A DNA stretch of 64,000 bases from the IMG/VR virus record IMGVR_UViG_3300044641_003190, positions 1 to 64,000 of that record; one strand, written 5' to 3'. Of this stretch, positions 13,892 to 24,584 are shown piece by piece. Within the stretch, counting starts at the first letter, position 1; each line of letters starts with the position of its first letter. The stretch is from a virus. The translations under genes were made by a program, and so were the position numbers. The notes beneath the pieces are model-generated. The model was not told the origin of the DNA. It ran no database searches and worked only from the letters and a program-made list of their open reading frames with translations.

Positions 13892-15589
13892 ATGTCTATT
13901 AAATTTAAGTTACCTGTAAATTTAGTAGCTTTAGCCCAAGACCCAGTGTCAGCTAACGCTGGGGATATATATTATAATACAGCATTAAATTCTTTTAAAT
14001 ACTATAATGGAACCGCATGGGGTCCAGTATCATCTTCATTAACTTCTGAAGAAATTCAAGATGCAACAGCAACACTATTAAGTCACTCTAATCATACAAA
14101 TATAACAGCAACATATGACGATGCAAACAACCGTGTTGTTTTAACTGCTGAAGATGCAGTAAAAGTTCAATTTACCCCACCAACAACAGCTTCAGTCGGA
14201 GATGTTTGGTTTGATAATCAAACTGGAGAGTTTTATGTATATGATGGATCGTTTTGGGTTCAAGTATCTGGAGTAACAGGACCTACAGGACCCACTGGAC
14301 CTGCAGGTGTAGCTGGCCCTACTGGCCCCGCAGGACCTACTGGAGCCACTGGTACAACTGGTTCACAAGGAATACAAGGTGTGCAGGGTGAGCAGGGAAT
14401 ACAAGGTGTTACTGGTGCCTCTGCTGGAGTAAAGTGGTCATTCATAACTGGAACTACAGATTCAGACCCATCTTCTGGTAATTTTAAATTCAATAGTGCA
14501 GTTCCACTAACCGTAACAAATATTTATGTAAGCAATACAGATAAAATATCTGTATCCCAGTTTGACTGGATAGGAAGTTGGGATGACTCAACATCTTCAA
14601 CAAGAGGACACATAGTAATATCTGGTGAATCGGAATCTAAAAATTATGTTTTTGCAATTAATGGATCAGTAACTTCCGCTTCTGGATATTATAAGGTTCC
14701 AGTAGCATATGTTTCTGGTTCTACATCTATTCCAACAAATAATAGCAATATGTTATTTGTTGTTACTAGAACTGGTAATCAAGGAGCTACTGGCCCTACT
14801 GGTGCACAAGGAGAAACTGGTCCACAAGGAATACAGGGAATACAAGGAGCAACAGGAGCAACTGGCGCTACAGGACCAACTGGACCACAAGGTCCGACGG
14901 GACCACAAGGACAGGCTGGAGCATCAGTCACATTAAAGGGTAGCGTTGCTGCAGTTATTAATTTACCTTCAAGCGGAAATACAATAGGAGATTCATGGAT
15001 TGTAGATGCAGACGGAAATCTTTATGTTTGGAATGGAACTAGTTGGACAGATGCTGGACAAATAGTTGGGCCAACTGGACCAACAGGAGCAACTGGCGCA
15101 ACTGGCGCTACAGGACCAGCTGGTCCACAAGGTGAACAAGGAATACAAGGAGTTCAAGGAGCTACAGGCTCTACAGGCGCCACAGGTGCTACAGGTGCCA
15201 CAGGTGCTACAGGACCAGGTGTTGCAGCGGGAGGATCTACAGGACAGTATCTTGTAAAATCAAGCAATACAGATTATGCAACAGAATGGTCTAGCATTGC
15301 AGGAGGCCTATCACCACAATCAGTATCTACAAACATAACACTATCGGCAAGCACAAGATATTTTGTAGATACCACAGGAGACAGAAGCCTTACTTTGCCA
15401 GCCACACCAGCACTAGGAGCTGAAATAGAAATTTTAGATGCATCTAACAATGCATCAGTTAACGATGTTATTATAAATAGAAACGGTGAAAAAATAAATG
15501 GTGTTGCTGACAATGCATCATTAGATATAAGTGGATTTTCAGTATCATTTATATATACTGGATCTACTTATGGATGGAAGATGAAATAA
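13892..15589 (+). CDS. Collagen-like fibre protein
   Basis: Three Gly-X-Y tracts (about 14270-14420, 14780-14920 and 15070-15220) separated by globular modules. Confidence 0.85.
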   Translation: MSIKFKLPVNLVALAQDPVSANAGDIYYNTALNSFKYYNGTAWGPVSSSLTSEEIQDATATLLSHSNHTNITATYDDANNRVVLTAEDAVKVQFTPPTTASVGDVWFDNQTGEFYVYDGSFWVQVSGVTGPTGPTGPAGVAGPTGPAGPTGATGTTGSQGIQGVQGEQGIQGVTGASAGVKWSFITGTTDSDPSSGNFKFNSAVPLTVTNIYVSNTDKISVSQFDWIGSWDDSTSSTRGHIVISGESESKNYVFAINGSVTSASGYYKVPVAYVSGSTSIPTNNSNMLFVVTRTGNQGATGPTGAQGETGPQGIQGIQGATGATGATGPTGPQGPTGPQGQAGASVTLKGSVAAVINLPSSGNTIGDSWIVDADGNLYVWNGTSWTDAGQIVGPTGPTGATGATGATGPAGPQGEQGIQGVQGATGSTGATGATGATGATGPGVAAGGSTGQYLVKSSNTDYATEWSSIAGGLSPQSVSTNITLSASTRYFVDTTGDRSLTLPATPALGAEIEILDASNNASVNDVIINRNGEKINGVADNASLDISGFSVSFIYTGSTYGWKMK

Positions 15590-17397
15590 TGGTAATAAAT
15601 CTATCTAATTCACAACCACAAGGTCCAAAATCTACAGAGACCTTTGAGAGTAAGACTATTATAGGATCACAAAATAAAATGGGATTAAAAAGTGGTAATA
15701 GTGCTAATAGAACACAGTCTCCAGTAGAGGGAGAAAACTATTTAAATACAGAAACAGGAAGCCTAGAAATATTTAAAAACTCTGCATGGACATCCCTAAT
15801 TTTACTACCAGATACTGTAACAAATTTAGTAGCAACAAATCAAGGTAGTAGTAGGCCTTACAATAATGGACAAGTATCATTGTCATTTGAACCAGGTGTA
15901 GTACTTGGAACTTCATATACTTCAACTTCTAATCCAGGGGCTATAACAACAACATCAAGCTCTACTCCTATAATAATAACTGGATTACAATCTAATACGG
16001 CATACACATTTTCAGTTGTTGCATCAAGTCCGCAAGGTGCATCCCAGCCAAGTTTGGCATCAAACTCTATTACAGTTACAACGGTTCCTCAATCTCCAAC
16101 AATTGGAACAGCAACGCCAGGAGATTTATCAGCTTCTGTTTCTTTTACTCCTGGTGCTACTGGAGGGTCAGCAATAACATCTCATACCATAACAGCAAAC
16201 CCTGGTAATATAACTGCCTCTGGTTCTTCATCTCCAATTACAATTTCTGGATTAACAAATGGAGTTACTTATACAATAACAGCTTCATCTACAAATGCTA
16301 ATGGTACATCCTTAAGTAGCGGTTCTACAACAGTTACTCCAATAGCGCCATTTTTAATAAATAAATCTGTTCCAGATTTATTTACCGCAGCAGAGTCGTT
16401 TTCTCATCCAGATCCAGTTGTTGGAATTCCAACTGCTGGAGGAACACTATCAGTAAATAGCGTTTCACTTGGATCTTATGATTATGTTAAAAGAAATGGA
16501 CCGCTCACAGTATTTAATTTTTCATCGGATGACTGGTTTACTGTTACAGAAGATAGCAGATCGGCCTTTGTCTACATTGAAGGAAATTTAACAATAAATA
16601 CTGGACAAATATTCAAGCCATCAAAAAGAAAATTATTTACATGTATTTACGTTAATGGAGACCTTACTCTTAATGGAGAAATTTCTATGACTGCTCGTGG
16701 TGCAAACCATTCTACAAGTGGGTCAAATATAAGCCCTGGAGAAATTTTAATTAAAACTGGTACATATAGTAGTGTTACAAACCCTAGAGTTCCCGCATCT
16801 GGTGGTTCAGGAGGAACTGGCGGAGTAGATCCAGATGGTGCATGGGGTAACAGTGGTGTAGGTACCAACGGCGCCGCAGGAACAGCTGGAGGAACTGGAG
16901 GAGGAGCTGGTGGATCACATTACACTCCAGTACAGCCAACAAATTTTTCACGAGGAGGAAACGGATCTGCTGGAACTTCATTTAGCGGTGGATCTGGTGG
17001 TGGAGATGTATTTTCTGGATACTTTAGTGGAATGAATCCAGATGCACAAACAAACGGTGGTTACGGAGGAGACTCACATAACTATTATTCAAGTTTTCCT
17101 GGGCAAAATGGTGGAGCTGGAAATCCAACTGGAAGATCTTATTACGGAACGGGCAACCCAGGTGCGCTGGGAACTTCTCCAGTAACTGGTACTGGCGGAG
17201 TTTTAATTATTTTTGTTAATGGTACACTTTCAACTGGTGGAACTGGAACTATAACTGCACAAGGTGCATCACATGGTCAAGCATCAGGTGGTGGATCAAT
17301 AACGGTTATGGTAAAAACAGATATGGGTCCAACACCAAATGCTTCTGCAATTAACAGCGGAGGCGCAGGAACAGCAAGGAAACTATTGTGGACATGA
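15589..17397 (+). CDS. Fibronectin type III plus Gly-rich fibre/adhesin
   Basis: Two FN3 repeats (ITGLQSNTAYTFSV, ISGLTNGVTYTIT); Gly-rich C-terminal domain; start moved to the TAATG overlap at 15589. Confidence 0.75.
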   Translation: MVINLSNSQPQGPKSTETFESKTIIGSQNKMGLKSGNSANRTQSPVEGENYLNTETGSLEIFKNSAWTSLILLPDTVTNLVATNQGSSRPYNNGQVSLSFEPGVVLGTSYTSTSNPGAITTTSSSTPIIITGLQSNTAYTFSVVASSPQGASQPSLASNSITVTTVPQSPTIGTATPGDLSASVSFTPGATGGSAITSHTITANPGNITASGSSSPITISGLTNGVTYTITASSTNANGTSLSSGSTTVTPIAPFLINKSVPDLFTAAESFSHPDPVVGIPTAGGTLSVNSVSLGSYDYVKRNGPLTVFNFSSDDWFTVTEDSRSAFVYIEGNLTINTGQIFKPSKRKLFTCIYVNGDLTLNGEISMTARGANHSTSGSNISPGEILIKTGTYSSVTNPRVPASGGSGGTGGVDPDGAWGNSGVGTNGAAGTAGGTGGGAGGSHYTPVQPTNFSRGGNGSAGTSFSGGSGGGDVFSGYFSGMNPDAQTNGGYGGDSHNYYSSFPGQNGGAGNPTGRSYYGTGNPGALGTSPVTGTGGVLIIFVNGTLSTGGTGTITAQGASHGQASGGGSITVMVKTDMGPTPNASAINSGGAGTARKLLWT

Positions 17398-17771
17398 TAG
17401 ATAAAAACAAAATATATTTTTTTCATAATATATATGGAGATGAACAAGAACTTTTAAATACAATTCCAGAAAACGTTGTCGCCGTACCATTTGGCTGGTC
17501 AGAAGAAGCAGAGTCAAATAGAAATGCCATTATGAGAGAATTAAATGTTTCTGTTTCTAGTATACCTTGCGTAGTGGCATACATAGAGGAGCATTATGCA
17601 GATAGCTCATTTTTTCCAAATTTACAATTTTTACCAGAAAATGATCCACGAAGAGAAAAAGCAGAACATTTGGTATATGCAAAGTGGACATTTTTTGATA
17701 TACTAAATATGGAAAAGCCATGGAACTGGCAAGACATATTAAATAAAATTAATAACTATCATAAACTATAG
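17394..17771 (+). CDS. Hypothetical protein
   Basis: ORF track; ATGA overlap at 17394. Confidence 0.7.
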   Translation: MIDKNKIYFFHNIYGDEQELLNTIPENVVAVPFGWSEEAESNRNAIMRELNVSVSSIPCVVAYIEEHYADSSFFPNLQFLPENDPRREKAEHLVYAKWTFFDILNMEKPWNWQDILNKINNYHKL

Positions 17772-17782
17772 AATAGGAAAAA

Positions 17783-18487
17783 ATGTTTAAAAAAATATTT
17801 TTTATACCAAAAAATAAAGAAGTTTCAAATTTATTAAAAACCCCCTATCCTGCAAAAAACATAATACCTGATTGGTATAAAGAATCAGAACTATTTATGG
17901 GTTCAGATCGTTTACAGGTAGATAGATATGCAACAAATGCTGGTTTAAAACATTGTATGTCATACCTAGATGCAATGGTACACGGATACATATACGAACT
18001 TTGGACAGACATACATGTGTCTAATGGAGAAAATGGAATACAAATTAGTTGGACAAACACTCCAGACCCTATAGTTAAAAGAACAAAAGACCTGGGAGCT
18101 AAAATACCAAGACCAACAGAAATGTATGAAGATATGTTTAATTGGGTTTTACAATGGGGTGCTAAAGCGCCCAAGGGGTATAGCCTATTAATGACTCATC
18201 CCCTTAATAGAACGGACCTGCCATTCTATACCCTGAGTGGAATAGTTGATTCTGATAACTATATGGGTGAAGGAAAGGTACCGTTTTTTATTAAAAAAGA
18301 CTTTACTGGAATTATTCCAGCTGGAACCCCAATTGTTCAAATTATTCCAATAAAGACTGATGAAGTCTGGAAATCGGAAAAAGCAGAGCATTTAATGCAG
18401 GAGCGAGATAAGCAGCAATGGCTATTAAGAACAAGCATTACTGGATACTATAAAAAAGTTTTTAGAAGGTCTAAAATATTCAAATGA
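17783..18487 (+). CDS. Conserved phage protein (DUF6065/dUTPase-like C-terminal signature)
   Basis: PDWYK, GYSLLMTHP, GIVDSD, IPAGTPIVQIIP. Confidence 0.55.
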   Translation: MFKKIFFIPKNKEVSNLLKTPYPAKNIIPDWYKESELFMGSDRLQVDRYATNAGLKHCMSYLDAMVHGYIYELWTDIHVSNGENGIQISWTNTPDPIVKRTKDLGAKIPRPTEMYEDMFNWVLQWGAKAPKGYSLLMTHPLNRTDLPFYTLSGIVDSDNYMGEGKVPFFIKKDFTGIIPAGTPIVQIIPIKTDEVWKSEKAEHLMQERDKQQWLLRTSITGYYKKVFRRSKIFK

Positions 18488-18501
18488 GGTATAATTAGAA
18501 T

Positions 18502-19392
18502 ATGGCCACAATTTTTCCTTCCAGCCCCACGCTAAACCAGGTATACCAAGGGTACATTTGGAACGGTGAAGCATGGAAAGTAATAGACAATAGCGTAGAA
18601 AAAGCACAAGATGACGTTGCCTCCTTATTTACACATAATCTACATACAAATGTAAGTGCTACCTACGATGACGCAAACAATAGAATTGTTTTATCAGCTG
18701 CATCAGCTACAGTTACAGCAGCATCTAAAATATCACAAGAGGTTATAAATAATACTGGGGCAACAATTAATAAAGGACAAGCGGTATATGCTTCTGGAGC
18801 AGTTGGAGCGTCTGGGAAAATAAGAGTTTCTCTTGCATCAAATTCAGGAGAAGCGACATCATCTAAAACATTTGGAATTTTAGAAAACACATTAACAAAT
18901 GGATCATCTGGAACGGTAGTTACAGAGGGATTGATAGAGGGCATTGATACATCAACAGCTCAAGAAGGAGATCCCGTATGGTTAGGCCCAACAGCAGGAT
19001 CATTAATATTTGGAACAGCAAATAAACCAGTATCCCCTGCTCACTTAGTATTTATTGGAATAGTTATAAGAGCACAACAAAATACTGGGTCTATATTTGT
19101 CAAAGTTCAAAACGGATTCGAGATAGGCGAACTTCATGATGTTGCTATTACTAGCCCAGTTAATGGAGCCGCAATATTATTTAATTCAACTACTGGACAA
19201 TGGGAAGATGTCGACATTTCAACAATTTATGCCCCAAAGAACAATCCAACATTTACTGGAACAGTGCAGGTAGGATCGGGCGGAATTAGGTTTGCCGATA
19301 ACAGCGTACAAACTAGCTCAGCCGATGTAAGTCAATTTGCCACAAAGGCAGAACTGGAGGATCTAGAAGCCCTAGTACTCGCTGGCTTATAA
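18502..19392 (+). CDS. Putative fibre/decoration protein
   Basis: FPSSPTLNQ..WNGEAW N-terminus, NNTGATINKGQAVY domain, ELHDVAIT repeat. Confidence 0.65.
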   Translation: MATIFPSSPTLNQVYQGYIWNGEAWKVIDNSVEKAQDDVASLFTHNLHTNVSATYDDANNRIVLSAASATVTAASKISQEVINNTGATINKGQAVYASGAVGASGKIRVSLASNSGEATSSKTFGILENTLTNGSSGTVVTEGLIEGIDTSTAQEGDPVWLGPTAGSLIFGTANKPVSPAHLVFIGIVIRAQQNTGSIFVKVQNGFEIGELHDVAITSPVNGAAILFNSTTGQWEDVDISTIYAPKNNPTFTGTVQVGSGGIRFADNSVQTSSADVSQFATKAELEDLEALVLAGL

Positions 19393-19425
19393 TACCAGTA
19401 ATGCTATACTTCTATAGAGGTAAAC

Positions 19426-20334
19426 ATGTCACTTAATTTCACAAATCTTGAAGCAACAATCAATGCTAAGCTCAATTCGCTTACTGCAACAGTAACCGCT
19501 GCATCAGCAGCAGGTGGCACAGTAACTTATACAGCAAACAACGCATTTGCAGTAGGACAAACAGTAACAATTACTGGATTGTCTACAGCAGCATTTAATC
19601 TACAAGGCGTTGCGGTAGCAACAAAATCTCCTACACAGTTTACAGTAACAAATGCAGCTACTGGAACAGCGGTAACAGGAGCATCAGGAGTAGCAACAAT
19701 CATTGTTGACTCAAAAGAACTTTTAATTCAAATGAAGGCCCTGGAAGCGGCCACACAAAATTTATCATTAGGAAAAGTAGTTGCTGAGGGTTTATACCAA
19801 CAGGGTCTCATTCAGACAACAGCCAACTCAGCTCTATCTACATATAATGCAACAACTGCAGCAGCAACAGTACAAATCAATGCATTGATCGCACAACTCG
19901 GAGGAGTTAATACTCAAGCTATCGTAGACCTTGTAACAGCAAAATTAGCAGAAATTAACTCTGCTACAACTACAGCAATTAATAATATTAGCTCGGCAGC
20001 ATCCGCTGCACAAACTACTGCCGTTAACGCAGTTTCAGCCCAACAGACAACATCTGTAAATGCTGTAACTTCAGCCCAAACAACAGCAACTACTGCCATT
20101 ACTTCAGCACAATCAACAGCTGTTTCTGCAGTTGGCACTGCTGGTACAAATGCGACTAATACTGCAACAGCAGCCATAACAACTGCAAAAAATGCAGCGA
20201 TAACAGAAATTAATACAGCTCTAACAGGAACGGGAGCAGCACAGATATCTGTATCTTTGAATGATCTAGATGGTCGATTAGACCTGCTAGAAGCAAACAG
20301 CCCACAGGCACTTATCTACGCCCTGACAGACTAG
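19426..20334 (+). CDS. Ala/Thr-rich coiled-coil virion protein
   Basis: Helical A/T repeats; N-terminus paralogous to 20425-20979. Confidence 0.65.
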   Translation: MSLNFTNLEATINAKLNSLTATVTAASAAGGTVTYTANNAFAVGQTVTITGLSTAAFNLQGVAVATKSPTQFTVTNAATGTAVTGASGVATIIVDSKELLIQMKALEAATQNLSLGKVVAEGLYQQGLIQTTANSALSTYNATTAAATVQINALIAQLGGVNTQAIVDLVTAKLAEINSATTTAINNISSAASAAQTTAVNAVSAQQTTSVNAVTSAQTTATTAITSAQSTAVSAVGTAGTNATNTATAAITTAKNAAITEINTALTGTGAAQISVSLNDLDGRLDLLEANSPQALIYALTD

Positions 20335-20424
20335 TATTATGAAGCAAAAAAATAAAAAAACAGTCTCAAAAAGCCTACAAATAAAGGGTTTGACAGAGCA
20401 GAAAAGGGATGGTAAAATTTAAAC

Positions 20425-20979
20425 ATGACACTAAGCTTCACTAACTATAGCACAGTACTGCAAGCAAAATTAAACGCAGTAACTTCAAGCACAACTCCGC
20501 AGGACTTGTTGCTTATATCAAAGTCTGTACAAACTACCGTTGGAAACATTGTGGTAGCAGATATCCAGTCTACTGGAGCATCTCAGGTAGCGCTAGTTCA
20601 GTCAGCAGGTACATCACAAATTTCAGCTGTAAACTCAGCAGGTAGCACAAAATTAACAGAACTTCAGAATTACTACAACTCAGTAGTTTTGGGGGCTCCA
20701 GCCGCTCTAGATACTTTAGATGAATTGGCAGCAGCTCTCGGAGACGATGCAAATTTCGCCTCCACAGTAACAACCGCCTTAAATGGAAGGATCCAGAAAT
20801 CGACCCTTACAACGAAAGGTGATATAATTGTTGCAAGCGCTTCATCAACACCAGTTAGAGTTGGAGTAGGTCAGAACTCATATGTTTTGACTGCAGATTC
20901 TTCAACAGCAAGTGGAGTTACATGGACTCGTGTAGCAGATAGCTCGACAAAAATTTTAGCCCTAATGGGTGCATACTAA
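20425..20979 (+). CDS. Fibre-like protein
   Basis: LDTLDELAAALGDDANFASTVT and TTKGDIIV..VLTADS..GVTW modules. Confidence 0.7.
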   Translation: MTLSFTNYSTVLQAKLNAVTSSTTPQDLLLISKSVQTTVGNIVVADIQSTGASQVALVQSAGTSQISAVNSAGSTKLTELQNYYNSVVLGAPAALDTLDELAAALGDDANFASTVTTALNGRIQKSTLTTKGDIIVASASSTPVRVGVGQNSYVLTADSSTASGVTWTRVADSSTKILALMGAY

Positions 20980-21014
20980 GCAAAGTAGTATGAGAAAACA
21001 AGGAGAATAAATAA

Positions 21015-23450
21015 ATGCCATTAACAAAGACAGCGGTTCTAACAGGACCTCAAAGAAGTAATTACCTAAATTTCTGGGGACATGGAAACACCCTACAGAT
21101 GAATGACGGTACAGAAATATTTCTGTTCGGAGGAAACGATACTGGTATCGATCAATTTGATTTCCCTCTTGCGTATAAGATCAATTTAGTAGCAAACGGT
21201 CTAGAGAATCAACCACTAGCTGTTTCTGAGATTACGGTGGCTGGTCACGGACAAATGACTCTCCCAGATGACTACTCTACTGGAATGATACCAATAACAA
21301 AAGACAACGAAGATAATATTTACTTTGCAACAATGAGTGGAACAACATCAACCGATTCCACAAGCAGCTGGATTAACATTTATAAGATCCACGCACCAGC
21401 AGTTGGATGGAGAAGATGGACAGATCAAACATCATCTTCACAGAACGTAAATTCATTTTATTCTGAAGATATACAAATAGCAGAAACTGCAGTAGTTACA
21501 AATATTGATAACAACCACGCAAACGTACGTCATGTACCAAATTATGGTGGAGAAGCTAAAGTATTTCAAAATGAAATAATTGTAGAAAAGCTAAATTCAT
21601 GGAGAAACTCTATGACATATACTAGCAATAGATATATACAAAATATCACATGGTTTAGATCAAATCACATAGGTGTTTGGTGCTTCAACGACAGAACAAA
21701 CTCTGCAGGAAACGAGTACTATACAGTACAAATTTTTGCGACAAAGAATCAAATGGCAGTTAAAGCAGATAGAATGTGGACAAAGGGTCAGTGGGTTTCA
21801 TCTACAATCCTTCAGTACTACTCATTTGCTGGATCAGCTACAACAATAGATGACTTCACTCAATTCGGAGCTGGAGAATATCAAGGAGCTTATGTTTGTG
21901 GGCAAACATATCAAAACTCATCTAACTCATATGTTGCTCACGTAGTAAATACATGGAGATTTATTCCAGAAACTGGAGTTCTAACTCCATACGGAACACC
22001 AATTGCTGTTGGAAACTCAAGTAATCAGTCAGGCAACCAACTTAGCAGTAGATTTCACAAAGGTTTCGGACACTTAATAACATACCTTGGAAGATATAAC
22101 TCAAACTTCTATATGGCTATCCTGGGTCCAGATTCAGACAGCGGCTCTGATACAAATATTCGTGCCTATATATTAGGAACAAATGGAACTTCTACACTGT
22201 TCAATCCAAAGGTTTTGGATACAGTTACCTACTTCGTACATGATACGCCAGGTAATAGAGCAGCACAATACAGAATGAGACAATCTAACGATGAGACAAA
22301 CACCAACGGTGGATACAGATGGGAAAGAACACTACAAAACTGGACAGATTCTGGAAAATTAAGATTCTGGCAGTGCGGTAATGACCATTACTGGAACACA
22401 TGGTACTTAGACATCGACTACACATTTGGAGCCACAAACTCAATGACATTTTCTACTAACGGAGTAAGATTTAACGATATTCCTCAGTATGGAACATGGA
22501 ACAGAGGAGTTGTAAGTACAATTAATAAGTATCCAACTAGAAGAGATACAAATATGTACGGTATAGTTAACCACGGAAGAATAGACGTTAATCCAGGATA
22601 TACATCTACAATAAGCACAGTCAACGAAGCTTATGTATTTATACCTTATGCCGCTGGGTCAAGAAATTCATGGTGGAACAAGTTAGTTTGTTACACATTG
22701 ACAGATGATGGAATAACAACAGCAGCAGTAGCAAATGCTTCTGCAGCCTTGATATCACCTACATCAACAGTAACTTCACTTCCAAAGGTTGGCGGAGTAA
22801 CACTAAGATTTACACCAAACATTAGAACTGGTGCAACTGGAGGTAGCGGAACATCCTACTATGGATGGCCAACAAACGTACGTGGATTTAGATTGTCAGC
22901 AAATGACGGTACTACAACCACTTACTATAATGGAACAACATTAGGGTCAACAGAAACTACAATTCCTTTCTACTTTAACGGTATCACTAGAAGGTCACAT
23001 GAAGAAGTTGTTGTAGACCTTCCAGGAACAGCCTTTACAGCAGGACTAACATACACATTTAAAATAGCATTTGTTACAATGGATGGGTCTGTAAGTGCAT
23101 ACTCATCAAGTAACTTAGCTACAATACTATTCACAGCCGCTCCTACAGCAAAAGACACTCCTACAGCAATAAGACTTGCTAGAGTGTTGACAGCTGGCAG
23201 CGCTGAAGCTCACATAGCAAGCGTAGATAACAAAGCTTTAGTTAACAGAATAAGTATTACTAATCCAACATCACAACAGGGTAAATTCTCTGTAAGAATT
23301 GGCGGATTCCCACTACTATCACCAACGGTTGTACCAGCTGGAGGAACTTTACACATTGATTCATCTCACATAGTTGATCAAGGTGACAAGATTCTTGTTT
23401 CTGGCCCAGTCGGTGGAAGCATTTACATCAGCGGAACGGAAGGTATCTAA
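21015..23450 (+). CDS. Large beta-rich putative receptor-binding/virion protein
   Basis: 811 aa, rich in aromatic residues, Asn and Thr; short C-terminal domain ending ISGTEGI. Confidence 0.6.
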   Translation: MPLTKTAVLTGPQRSNYLNFWGHGNTLQMNDGTEIFLFGGNDTGIDQFDFPLAYKINLVANGLENQPLAVSEITVAGHGQMTLPDDYSTGMIPITKDNEDNIYFATMSGTTSTDSTSSWINIYKIHAPAVGWRRWTDQTSSSQNVNSFYSEDIQIAETAVVTNIDNNHANVRHVPNYGGEAKVFQNEIIVEKLNSWRNSMTYTSNRYIQNITWFRSNHIGVWCFNDRTNSAGNEYYTVQIFATKNQMAVKADRMWTKGQWVSSTILQYYSFAGSATTIDDFTQFGAGEYQGAYVCGQTYQNSSNSYVAHVVNTWRFIPETGVLTPYGTPIAVGNSSNQSGNQLSSRFHKGFGHLITYLGRYNSNFYMAILGPDSDSGSDTNIRAYILGTNGTSTLFNPKVLDTVTYFVHDTPGNRAAQYRMRQSNDETNTNGGYRWERTLQNWTDSGKLRFWQCGNDHYWNTWYLDIDYTFGATNSMTFSTNGVRFNDIPQYGTWNRGVVSTINKYPTRRDTNMYGIVNHGRIDVNPGYTSTISTVNEAYVFIPYAAGSRNSWWNKLVCYTLTDDGITTAAVANASAALISPTSTVTSLPKVGGVTLRFTPNIRTGATGGSGTSYYGWPTNVRGFRLSANDGTTTTYYNGTTLGSTETTIPFYFNGITRRSHEEVVVDLPGTAFTAGLTYTFKIAFVTMDGSVSAYSSSNLATILFTAAPTAKDTPTAIRLARVLTAGSAEAHIASVDNKALVNRISITNPTSQQGKFSVRIGGFPLLSPTVVPAGGTLHIDSSHIVDQGDKILVSGPVGGSIYISGTEGI

Positions 23451-23452
23451 TA

Positions 23453-24316
23453 ATGTCACTATCATATAACACAAATCAAGAACACCCACTAATGAGCATC
23501 TTGGGACAAAAACCAAAAGCCATTATTCTATCAAGCTCATCATGGATTGCACCAGCAGGTATCGACAAGGTATTTGTTGCAGTAATCGGTGGCGGTGGCG
23601 GTGGAGCAATGGGATTTACTGGCGCAGGATCAGGTGGCGGTGGTGGAGGAGCAGTTGTTCTCGGATACGTACACGTTGAGGCAGAAGAAACATATTTTGC
23701 TACAATTGGTAAAGGCGGAATGCCTGGTTACCAATCTACCACACAAGCACACGGTAAAGTCGGAGGAATTACTAAATTTAATAACATCATTGCATATGGT
23801 GGATTAGGTGGAAGACAAGGTGCTGGTACATCAACAACAGCTGGAATGGGATCTGGCGGAAACGGCGGTCTCGGACAAGGATGGGTATTTTACGATAAAG
23901 CAACACTAGGAACTATTGAAGCAACTGATGGTCAATTTAACCTAGGAGTCGATCCAGGAACATCATCAATGCTATATCGTGGATCCATGAGAAATGGATA
24001 TCCAGGAATTAGCGGAACAAACTCAGGCGGTGGGGGATCAGGAACTGGTATTTCAGAATTCCAGCAAAATGTTGGACAAAACCCTAGAGGTGGAGCTGGT
24101 ATTACAGGTGGAGGACAAGGCGCACTATTTAACGGAGTATTTTATTCTGCAGGTATGGGTGGAGCTGGATTCCTAGGACAAGGTCAAGAACCACATGGAG
24201 AGTATTTCTACTTCGGAGGTGCAGGTGGACTCGGCGGTGGCGGTGGTGGAGCAGGTGGACCAACAAACTTCCCAGGCGGAGAAGGCGGCGACGGCGCAGT
24301 CGTAATTTGGTACTAA
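23453..24316 (+). CDS. Glycine-rich domain fibre protein
   Basis: VIGGGGGG...GGDGAVVIWY architecture. Confidence 0.7.
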   Translation: MSLSYNTNQEHPLMSILGQKPKAIILSSSSWIAPAGIDKVFVAVIGGGGGGAMGFTGAGSGGGGGGAVVLGYVHVEAEETYFATIGKGGMPGYQSTTQAHGKVGGITKFNNIIAYGGLGGRQGAGTSTTAGMGSGGNGGLGQGWVFYDKATLGTIEATDGQFNLGVDPGTSSMLYRGSMRNGYPGISGTNSGGGGSGTGISEFQQNVGQNPRGGAGITGGGQGALFNGVFYSAGMGGAGFLGQGQEPHGEYFYFGGAGGLGGGGGGAGGPTNFPGGEGGDGAVVIWY

Positions 24317-24327
24317 GGAGAATATAA

Positions 24328-24537
24328 ATGAGCAAATTACTAAAAACAATAATTAATGGAGCAGCAGTTTATACTGTTGCAACAGAGTATGAAGTAGAAA
24401 ACTTTGATTCTATCATAAGTTTAGAAGAGGTAGAACTTGTAGACTCAACCCCAGAATTGGAAGCTCTTGTATCAAGAGTAGAGGATACTGAATTGGGACC
24501 AATAACTTCTGACCCAGGCGCAGAAGAAGAAGCGTAA
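24328..24537 (+). CDS. Small acidic protein (possible fibre chaperone)
   Basis: SD AAGGAG; follows the Gly-rich gene. Confidence 0.65.
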   Translation: MSKLLKTIINGAAVYTVATEYEVENFDSIISLEEVELVDSTPELEALVSRVEDTELGPITSDPGAEEEA

Positions 24538-24555
24538 TAATTAATAAATAAATTT

Positions 24556-24583
24556 AAAGGCCAGTCGAAAGACTGGCTTTTTT
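24556..24583. terminator. Intrinsic terminator between convergent genes
   Basis: AAAGGCCAGTC-GAAA-GACTGGCTTTTTT. Confidence 0.85.
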
Positions 24584-24584
24584 A

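Noticed and set aside
14270-15220. Short periodic repeats resembling an array
   Set aside because: They are collagen Gly-X-Y codons, not CRISPR repeats; there is no repeat-spacer structure and no cas genes
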